From IMG/VR virus record IMGVR_UViG_3300046694_000291, positions 1 through 64,000 of that record: a DNA stretch of 64,000 bases. One strand, given 5' to 3'. This DNA comes from a virus. The position numbers and the translations under genes are program-made. The first letter of the stretch is position 1. The number at the start of each line of letters is the position of its first letter. Shown here one piece after another: positions 16,461 through 23,926 of the stretch. The notes beneath the pieces were generated by a model that had not been told where the DNA came from, made no database searches, and saw nothing but the letters and a program-made list of their open reading frames with translations.

Positions 16461-17108
16461 CTACACACCCCGACCGGCGGTCGCGTGCCGGTTCGGGCTC
16501 GCGTTCCAGTTCCAGGTCACCGCGTCCAGGTGCTCGAAGATGGCCTTGGCGTCGTCCATGAGACGGATCAGGTAGTCCTCGTCCTCGCCCCGGTAGCGCG
16601 GACGGCCGTCCGTGTCGACGTCGTACCCGGGGCGGAAGCCGCCGATCTGCCGCACCAGCTCGGTCCGCACCAGGTGCGTCATCGGGATGAACGACCCGTG
16701 CAGGCGCAGGTGCGCCGCGTGGTCGGACGACCAGCGCAGGCCCCACGGCGAGACCGGGAAGCGGCCCTGGTGGGTGAGCGCGGTCGGGTCGGCTCCGCCG
16801 ATCATCCTCGGCCTCGGGTACACGAGGTCCGGCCGCCACGGCGACTGCTCCAGCACCCGCATGCAGGCCATCAGGTGGTTCGGCCGGAGGGTGTCGTCGT
16901 CGTCGAGCCAGGCGATCACGTCGGTCCCCACGCGCTCCAGCGCCCGGTTGCGGGCCGCGTGCGCGCCGGTGCGCTCACTGTCCCGCTCGACCACGATCTG
17001 GTCCGGCTTGCGGCGCTGGGCACGGACGGACGTCAGGGCCCGGTCCAGCAGGGCCTCCCGGCCGGGGATGGTCGGGACCACGACGGCCACGGTCAGATGC
17101 TTCTTCAC
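16461..17108 (-). CDS. glycosyltransferase family 2
   Basis: VVVPT, ALTSVRAQ, AARN, WLDDDD, GEDE. Confidence 0.88.
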   Translation of the reverse strand: MKKHLTVAVVVPTIPGREALLDRALTSVRAQRRKPDQIVVERDSERTGAHAARNRALERVGTDVIAWLDDDDTLRPNHLMACMRVLEQSPWRPDLVYPRPRMIGGADPTALTHQGRFPVSPWGLRWSSDHAAHLRLHGSFIPMTHLVRTELVRQIGGFRPGYDVDTDGRPRYRGEDEDYLIRLMDDAKAIFEHLDAVTWNWNASPNRHATAGRGV

Positions 17109-17277
17109 GACAGGTCCCTCCTGGGGTGCCTCATGACCCAGCAGCCCCGGGTCCGGCAGTCCGTTCCGATGCAGGCACAGAGGCCGACGAAGTCCCGTAC
17201 CTCCTGGTTGAACTTCCGGGCCGTCATCCGGAGACGTCCCCGGTGCAACTGGTGCATCGCCTTGTCCCGCGTGGTCC

Positions 17278-18198
17278 TCAGGGGCATGACCTGATCTTCT
17301 CCTCGGGGTCCTCGGGCGGGGTCCAGCGGGACGTGCCCTCGGGTCCGGGCCAGATCCGGCCGTACTGGTACGGGTCGTGGGGGAACTCGGACAGGGTCGA
17401 CTCGATCAGCTCGTCATGAGCCGGGTCCGGGCCGATCAGCCCGGCCGGGATGCCGTACGCCTCCCGGACATACGCCCTGAAGTCCTCCGGGGCACATGAC
17501 TGCAAGGCCCGGTGGTTTTCCCGTACCTGGTCCATGGCCGCCCGTGCGTTGGCTGCGGTGAAGGATGCCTCTTCGGCCTCGGCCTCGATGGCCTGCTGCA
17601 TGGCCTGCCCGAGGAACCCGCAGCCCCGGGCTGCACGGTCGAGACCGCTCAGGGCCTCCCCAGCCTCCCGTATGCGCTCCCGGAGAGCGGCCCAGTCGAT
17701 CCGGTTCTGCTCGGCCCGGTTCATCCCAGGGAGAATCCCAAGGTCTGCCCGTACCTCCGGCCCGGACAGGACCCCGAAACCGAAGGACTGGCGGTACTGC
17801 TCCCGCCGGGCCTCGGCCGCCGCGCGCCTCTCCTCCGACGTCTCGAAGGACTGGTTCAGGATGTCGGCCAGCCAGCTCAGCTCGTCGGCCGGACGCTGGA
17901 TCACCAGTTCCGCGACCAGGTGAGGTTCCGGCACGGCCCAGGGCGGGACCACCGGCTCGTCCATCCACGCGGCTCTCATGTCCAGGGACCGTGGGCTGAA
18001 CCGGTACTCGGCCTGCACCTCGCGCAGGAACCCGGTCAGATCCAGCTCCCGGCCCCGGCTCTCAGTCGGCCGGGTCTCCATCTGCCGCAGCGCTATCCGG
18101 CGGGGATGGCGGTCGAGCTGATTGTCACTCTGCTCGATAATCAGCTCGCCCTCCCCCTCGTAGACCGTCTGGCCGTCCTGGCCGAGGATGCGGATCAC
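17278..18198 (-). CDS. hypothetical phage protein
   Basis: Long helical ORF; start uncertain. Confidence 0.55.
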   Translation of the reverse strand: MIRILGQDGQTVYEGEGELIIEQSDNQLDRHPRRIALRQMETRPTESRGRELDLTGFLREVQAEYRFSPRSLDMRAAWMDEPVVPPWAVPEPHLVAELVIQRPADELSWLADILNQSFETSEERRAAAEARREQYRQSFGFGVLSGPEVRADLGILPGMNRAEQNRIDWAALRERIREAGEALSGLDRAARGCGFLGQAMQQAIEAEAEEASFTAANARAAMDQVRENHRALQSCAPEDFRAYVREAYGIPAGLIGPDPAHDELIESTLSEFPHDPYQYGRIWPGPEGTSRWTPPEDPEEKIRSCP

Positions 18199-18449
18199 GG
18201 GCACGGCTGGTCCACCTCCGTGGTCCACAGGACGTGCGGCCCTCCCTTGGCGGTGCAGGTGCGGACCTGCCCGGCCCGGCGCAGCCGGTCCAGCGCGAGG
18301 TACGTGACCGTCTTGTCCAGCAGGAGGGAGGACGCGAGGTCGTTGCGGGTCTGCGGGCCGTTGGTCCGCAGGTAGGCCAGGATGGCCGCGTCACGGTCGA
18401 TGGTCTCCTGCGGCCGGGGACGTCCCCGAGGCCGCTTGGTCTCTGACAT
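18195..18449 (-). CDS. winged-helix DNA-binding protein with AT-hook
   Basis: PRGRPR then ILAYL...TRNDLASSL...TYLALDRLRRAGQV. Confidence 0.75.
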   Translation of the reverse strand: MSETKRPRGRPRPQETIDRDAAILAYLRTNGPQTRNDLASSLLLDKTVTYLALDRLRRAGQVRTCTAKGGPHVLWTTEVDQPCP

Positions 18450-18497
18450 GGGCTTTCTCCGTTCGTTCCGATTTACCTTAACCGGGATACCCCGGTT

Positions 18498-18776
18498 TCA
18501 GCTCCACGAACCGGCCGGTCCCTCCAGCAGTCCGCCTCGCCTGACCAGGGCCTCGGCCTTGTCCGGGTCCAGACCGGCCGTGGTGATGACGGGGATCTCC
18601 TCCGTCACGGCCCAGGACGGGACCGGCCGCCGGGGCCGGGGAGCCTCCAGCAGCGCGTCGTGGTTGTCGGCCAGAGCCCGGTAGTCCGCCAGCAGCTCCT
18701 CGTACTCGCGCCGGAGCACGAGGTACCTCCGTCGGCTGACGAACAGCCGGGGCCCCGGCCGCTTGTGCCTCGCCAT
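18498..18776 (-). CDS. hypothetical protein
   Basis: MARHKRPG start coupled to upstream stop. Confidence 0.5.
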   Translation of the reverse strand: MARHKRPGPRLFVSRRRYLVLRREYEELLADYRALADNHDALLEAPRPRRPVPSWAVTEEIPVITTAGLDPDKAEALVRRGGLLEGPAGSWS

Positions 18777-19666
18777 CAGCCGCTGTAGCGATAGCAGGTG
18801 AGCCAGGTGGTGTCGACGTTGACCGAGGTCGGCTGGCCCTTGACGTACGCGCTGCTGACTCCGAGCGCGCTCTCGTTCTGGAGCACCCACTCCGTGGTGT
18901 CCGGGTAGTCGGCCTTGACGGTCTTGAACAGCCGTCCGTCGAAGTAGAACCGCACCTGGCCGGGGACGATCTCCTGGCTGTAGGTGTGCCAGCCGGTCCA
19001 GGCGGAGTTGGGTGCGGCGTCCGCTCCCGACTCGGCGAACCCGTGCGTGAACTCGCTGATGGGGTCCTGGCCGAAGCTGCCGCCCGCCTCGGGGTAATCG
19101 ATCTCCTTGGGCGAGTAGTGCAGGTGCGCCATCTTGAACCGGCGCGCGAGTGAGCTGATCCGGGTCCGCTCGGTGAACTTGCCGTAGCGGAAGGTGCACT
19201 TCCGGGGCACCAGAGCGGCCACGTTGTTCGAGCTGCCGGTCGAGGTCATGTGGACCCGGAGCATGCCGTCGGTGACCTTCTGCACGCTCACCGTCTTCTC
19301 GGGGTGGTACTCACCGGGCACCGGCCCGGAGTTGTCGTCGGCCCCGCTCCCGGCCGTGTCGGGCCAGCCGGACGGGTACGCGCCCAGTCCGGCGTACAGG
19401 GCCGGGTACTTGGTCTTGAGGCCCGAGCAGGCGAACGAGCCGTCCACACAGCCGGAGAACGCTCCGACCGGCACGGCCGAGGCGTTGAAGGTCTCCCGGT
19501 AGACCTGGGTGAAGGCGCCGCAGTTGCCGGACGGGGCGCTGTTGTTGACCGTGTGGCAGGCGTCCTGCGCCGGGAAGATGTCGGCGGCCGGGGCCGGAGC
19601 GGCCAGGACCAGCAGAAGAGCCCCCACGGCGAGCATCGCCATGAGGGCCCTGCGGAGAAGGATCAT
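18776..19666 (-). CDS. secreted GH16-like glycoside hydrolase
   Basis: Signal peptide ending APA; catalytic EIDYPE; WHTY...VRFYFDG. Confidence 0.75.
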   Translation of the reverse strand: MILLRRALMAMLAVGALLLVLAAPAPAADIFPAQDACHTVNNSAPSGNCGAFTQVYRETFNASAVPVGAFSGCVDGSFACSGLKTKYPALYAGLGAYPSGWPDTAGSGADDNSGPVPGEYHPEKTVSVQKVTDGMLRVHMTSTGSSNNVAALVPRKCTFRYGKFTERTRISSLARRFKMAHLHYSPKEIDYPEAGGSFGQDPISEFTHGFAESGADAAPNSAWTGWHTYSQEIVPGQVRFYFDGRLFKTVKADYPDTTEWVLQNESALGVSSAYVKGQPTSVNVDTTWLTCYRYSG

Positions 19667-19805
19667 TGAGGTTCCTCGGGTCGGAGACGGTCCGGCCCGA
19701 GGTTAGCTCACCAGCCGCGCACTGCTGCGGTGACGACGAAGATGCCGATCAGGACCAGCCCGGTCAGGATCCCGTACCAGGCCGACGGGACCTGCCCGCC
19801 CACGG

Positions 19806-20393
19806 CTACTTGTCCTTGGCGAAGTTCAGGAGCGACTGCTCGTCGCCCTGACGGATCGTCCCGGACACGTCGAGCACCTGGAGAGACCAGCGGTCACCGG
19901 TCCGGGTCGCCTTGGCGACCGCGTTGATGTTGTGCCGACCTGCCAGGGACGGCCAGATGTCGGCCACCGGCTGGGAGGAGCCGCCGGTCGAGTCGTAGAC
20001 CTTGAAGGAGATGTTCCGGGCCTTGCTGAAGTCGGACCCCTTCTTGAAGGCGGCGGCCACGTAGATGATCTCGTCCACGGGGCTGGCGTTGACGGCCTTG
20101 AAGTCGACCGTGACCGTCTCGTCGTCCCCGGCACCGGCGCCGGTCTGGTTGTCCCCGGAGTGGATGATCGCACCCGTCTGGAGGGGGTCCAGGGAGTCGA
20201 GACCGGCGAGCCGCTTCGGGTCCCCGGCCACCTTGAGAATGGCGATCAGGTCCAGGTCGGTGCCCCGCTTGCGCTTGAGGAAGCCCATCGCGCCCCCGGA
20301 CGCACCGCTCGTCGGGTCCCAGGAGACCCCCACGGCCATGTGCGTCATGCCCTCCAGGTCGGCCGGGCCGTCTTCCTTCTTGAGCTGGATCAT
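19806..20393 (-). CDS. TerD-family stress protein
   Basis: VGVSWD, DLDL, HSGDNQTGAGAGDDE. Confidence 0.88.
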   Translation of the reverse strand: MIQLKKEDGPADLEGMTHMAVGVSWDPTSGASGGAMGFLKRKRGTDLDLIAILKVAGDPKRLAGLDSLDPLQTGAIIHSGDNQTGAGAGDDETVTVDFKAVNASPVDEIIYVAAAFKKGSDFSKARNISFKVYDSTGGSSQPVADIWPSLAGRHNINAVAKATRTGDRWSLQVLDVSGTIRQGDEQSLLNFAKDK

Positions 20394-20695
20394 TCCGTGT
20401 TCCCTTCGCTGAGCGATCCCATCACGTACACCGAGCACAGCTTGTCGAGCCGTGCCTCCTCGGCGGCCGTCAGACCTCCGAGGTCGTTCTTGAGGAGCAG
20501 CGCGCGCAGCTCGGCCCGGCGGCGGACCGTCCGGGATCCGAGCTGCGCTTCGAAGTCGATGCCCCGGCCCGGCTGGCACTCGGGGCAGGGGCAGGCACGG
20601 GGGTGGACGAGCTGCTCCCTCCGGACCGTGCAGCCGGGGCAGGCGCACTGCGGCCAGGGCACCTCCACCGGAGCGGGAGACGGCAGCTCAGGCAT
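20390..20695 (-). CDS. small Cys-rich protein
   Basis: CACPGC and HPRACPCPEC. Confidence 0.55.
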   Translation of the reverse strand: MPELPSPAPVEVPWPQCACPGCTVRREQLVHPRACPCPECQPGRGIDFEAQLGSRTVRRRAELRALLLKNDLGGLTAAEEARLDKLCSVYVMGSLSEGNTE

Positions 20696-21047
20696 CGCTG
20701 GCCCTCTTCTGTCCGGGGTGCAGGGGTACGACACCCGGGTGTCCTGCCAGGGCACAGACCTGGCGCATCTCAGGCGGGTCCCCAGGCTTGCACGTGCACT
20801 GCCCCCGGCCGTAGTTCGGGTCGAGGCCGACGCGCAGATTCTCCTTGCGACGCCACTGGTCCCGGCCCGCTTCCGAGCGGCAGTTCCAGCACCAGTGGCG
20901 GCCCAGCTTGTCCGGCGCGTTCCAGCCCCGGCGCCGGGCCTCCTTCTCCATCTCGGCCTTGGTCGGGGCACGGTCGCCACGTTCCGTGGCCCAGAGGATG
21001 GAAGCCCCGCACAGGGCGTTGCACTGAACGCCGTGGACCTGGCTCAT
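20688..21047 (-). CDS. small Cys-rich (Zn-ribbon-like) protein
   Basis: CNALC...GW...HWCWNC. Confidence 0.6.
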   Translation of the reverse strand: MSQVHGVQCNALCGASILWATERGDRAPTKAEMEKEARRRGWNAPDKLGRHWCWNCRSEAGRDQWRRKENLRVGLDPNYGRGQCTCKPGDPPEMRQVCALAGHPGVVPLHPGQKRASDA

Positions 21048-21171
21048 GCCCCACCCCCGGGCAGCCGGGCGATGATGCACATCGCGATCACCCCGATGAC
21101 CACCCAGCCGAACGGGCTGATGTGGAACAGGACCACCCTCTGGCGCGTGTGCCGCGCCCTGCGGCGCCCCA

Positions 21172-21636
21172 TCACGTCACCGGCGAGTTGATGTAGGCGT
21201 CCCGGACCTCTCGGTCGTGGGACGTGGCGGCGGCCAGCGCGCGCCGGGCAGGCATCGGGAGCACGGTCTGCCGGGTGCGCCGGTCGACCACGGTCAGGGA
21301 CTCCACCAGCTCGAACGGGGTCTCCACGAACGAGACCTGGATGAAGTCCCGCTCGCCGGGAACGTCCGAGGCGCCGCAGTTGACCACGTACAGCTTCCGG
21401 TCCTCGGCCCTGAAGAGCCGGACCTCCGTCCAGCGGCAGGTGGAGCAGTGGACCTTCTGCGGTGCCCACCCGGTGTCCGGGTGGCCCTTGTGCTCGGGCC
21501 GGTAGCTGGAGCCCATGCCGAGGAACGCGCCCGTGATCGTGTGCACGGTCCCGTCCCGGTCGGGGAAGACCCAGCGGGCGACGTCGCCGTGCTCGTCGGC
21601 CTCGGGCAGTTCGTTGCGGGTGTCGGGACTGGGCAT
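21172..21636 (-). CDS. hypothetical phage protein
   Basis: MPSPDTRN start with GAGGAG; CSTCRWTE. Confidence 0.65.
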   Translation of the reverse strand: MPSPDTRNELPEADEHGDVARWVFPDRDGTVHTITGAFLGMGSSYRPEHKGHPDTGWAPQKVHCSTCRWTEVRLFRAEDRKLYVVNCGASDVPGERDFIQVSFVETPFELVESLTVVDRRTRQTVLPMPARRALAAATSHDREVRDAYINSPVT

Positions 21637-21698
21637 GATCGTGACTCCTCGGTCCGTGGTCTCGTGATCCCTCGCAGGGATGGTACCCAGCGGGGTGC

Positions 21699-22547
21699 TC
21701 ATGACCGGGGTCCCTGGGCCTGGAGCTTGTAGCGGTCCGACTTGCGGCCGAGGTTGTAGAGGCGCAGCGCGTACCGGTACGCGGCCTCGGTGCGGTGGAT
21801 GGTGTCCGAGCCGTACAGCGCCAGCACACCGCCCTTGAACGTCTGCGGGGTGTCCAGACCGGCCAGCTTGCGGGCGAAGCCCACCGTGTCCACGGCCGCG
21901 CCGTGACGCTGGTAGAGCAGGCCGATGCCGTCGATGGCCTCGGCGGAGGCGACGTTGCGGCGGTGGCCCCACGCCCGCACCAGCAGATCGAACGCCCGGT
22001 TGAGGGAGTCGGGGCCGTCGGGCAGGCTCATGATCCGGCGGGCCGAGGCGACCGCCGTGAACCGGTGGGTCGGCCGAGCACCCCGGCCGATCTCGAAACC
22101 GTGCTGCTTGACCATGCGGTCCAGGTCCAGCGCCCAGGGCTCCCTGGCGACGATGGCCAGGCGGAACTTGTCGATGGTGCGGACGGCCGCGCGGTCGTTG
22201 TGGCTCAGGAAGGTCTCCGCCTCCTGCTGGCGGGTCAGGCCGTAGTAGACCTGGCAGATGACGGGCAGGGTGGTCTCGTCCGTCCCGGTGAACCGGCGGA
22301 TCGCGGCCAGGCGGGTCTGCCCGTCCAGCGTCACGTACCGGTAGCCGCTGGCGCCGGTCTCGGGGTCGAGGGTCCGGCGGGCCGAGACGGTGAAGATGCC
22401 CAGGGCGGACTCGTCGAAGTTGTCGGCCAGCCTGCGGACACGGTTCTCGTTCAGCATGCGCTGCACGTCCGGGTCCACGTCCAGCTCGTTGGCCGGGATG
22501 GTCCGCACCTCGAACCGGCGTCCGGACACCTCTCCAGGAATGCTCAT
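21699..22547 (-). CDS. ParB/Srx-like (DGQHR-type) domain protein
   Basis: VDPDVQR...LDGQTRLAA. Confidence 0.72.
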   Translation of the reverse strand: MSIPGEVSGRRFEVRTIPANELDVDPDVQRMLNENRVRRLADNFDESALGIFTVSARRTLDPETGASGYRYVTLDGQTRLAAIRRFTGTDETTLPVICQVYYGLTRQQEAETFLSHNDRAAVRTIDKFRLAIVAREPWALDLDRMVKQHGFEIGRGARPTHRFTAVASARRIMSLPDGPDSLNRAFDLLVRAWGHRRNVASAEAIDGIGLLYQRHGAAVDTVGFARKLAGLDTPQTFKGGVLALYGSDTIHRTEAAYRYALRLYNLGRKSDRYKLQAQGPRS

Positions 22548-22662
22548 GGTCTGTGATCCTTTGGTCTGTGGTCCCCGTCGGCCGGGGCCGTGGGTAGTAC
22601 GTCACAGAGGAGGGTACCTACCTTTAAGTAAATCGAAACATCCCGAGCGAGAGGACCACGGA

Positions 22663-23262
22663 ATGAAGATCATGGGAGTCGACCCGAGCATCACCCGGAC
22701 CGGCATCGGCCTGCCGGACCAGACGACGTTCACCGTCTCGTCCCCGAAGCAGGTCACCGGCGACGACCGGCTGGAGTACTACGCCGACCACATCGGGCTC
22801 GCGGCCCGGACCTGCGGCGCGGACCTGGTGGTGATGGAGGACGCGCCGACGGCCCTCCAGGGCAACGCGGGCCGGGTGCTGCTGCACCTCCAGGGCGTCC
22901 TCCGGCTGGAGCTGAAGCGCCAGCACATCCCGTACATGATCCTGAGCCCGAGCACGCTCAAGAAGTTCGCCACCGGCAACGGCTCGGCCGACAAGACGGC
23001 GATGGCGATCGCCGCGATCAAGCGCCTTGGCCGCGAGTACGCCACGAACGACGAGTGCGACGCCGACTGGCTGCGGATCGCGGGCCGGTTCGCATACGGC
23101 TACGGGGAGCCGGTGCCGATCTGGTCGACCAGCTACGTCACCCTGCCCCAGGTGAACCTGGAAGCCCTGCGCTGGGCGGGCACCGGCAAGAAGAGGCACG
23201 AGATCGTGTGGCCGGAGATCGGCGGCCACACGCCGTGGCCCTTGGTGACGCTCAGGGCCTGA
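22663..23262 (+). CDS. RuvC-like Holliday junction resolvase
   Basis: IMGVDPS, VVME, PSTLKKFATGNGSADK, NDECDA. Confidence 0.88.
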   Translation: MKIMGVDPSITRTGIGLPDQTTFTVSSPKQVTGDDRLEYYADHIGLAARTCGADLVVMEDAPTALQGNAGRVLLHLQGVLRLELKRQHIPYMILSPSTLKKFATGNGSADKTAMAIAAIKRLGREYATNDECDADWLRIAGRFAYGYGEPVPIWSTSYVTLPQVNLEALRWAGTGKKRHEIVWPEIGGHTPWPLVTLRA

Positions 23263-23267
23263 ACAGC

Positions 23268-23305
23268 CGAGAGCCCGGCCTCCCCCTAAGGAGCCGGGCT
23301 CTCGG
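23268..23305. terminator. hairpin terminator between convergent genes
   Basis: CCGAGAGCCCGGC...GCCGGGCTCTCGG. Confidence 0.7.
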
Positions 23306-23316
23306 TGCCTGGTGGA

Positions 23317-23760
23317 TCAGGCCTTGGCGAACGGGTCGGCGGGCTCCGCCTTCTTCCCTGCGAGGTAGTCGCGCGCAAGCTGCGCCTGCTCCGCGTTCGG
23401 CTCGGCCAGGACCCACGGGGCCGACTGGCCCGGCTTCTTCTGGGCCTCGTCCTGGATCAGGACCCCGAGGATCATCTTCGGGTGCCCGGTGGCCTCGTCC
23501 ACGCCGTGCTTCTCGTTGAAGAGCGCCTGGCGCTTCATGGCCGAGATGAGAACGCGCTGGAAGACCATCGTGTCCTCGACCTCCTCGACGCCGTCAGGAC
23601 CGTCCAGGACGACGAAGTCGACGCGTACCGCGTCCGTCTCGCCGTGGACCGTCTTCTGGGCCTGGACGTACTCCGTGGGGGTGACCAGCAGGAGCTGGTC
23701 GGCGTACTCGGTGATGCCCGCGCCCCCGGCGGAGCCGGACTTGAACGGGTCGTTGCCCAT
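23317..23760 (-). CDS. hypothetical protein, possibly ssDNA-binding
   Basis: Beta-rich, acidic DPF tail, next to exonuclease. Confidence 0.6.
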   Translation of the reverse strand: MGNDPFKSGSAGGAGITEYADQLLLVTPTEYVQAQKTVHGETDAVRVDFVVLDGPDGVEEVEDTMVFQRVLISAMKRQALFNEKHGVDEATGHPKMILGVLIQDEAQKKPGQSAPWVLAEPNAEQAQLARDYLAGKKAEPADPFAKA

Positions 23761-23926
23761 GAGCTTCCTCTTTCACTTGATCTTTGCTGGATGGTGAGGT
23801 GGAGGGCTGGACCAGGCGTACATCCGCCTGCCCTCACCGAGGTGGTTTGACCCGCCTGGCCCTCCTGTTGTGCACACCCTCAGCCTACCTGTCCCGGGGT
23901 TTGATTAAACCGGGTTCCGGTCCAGG

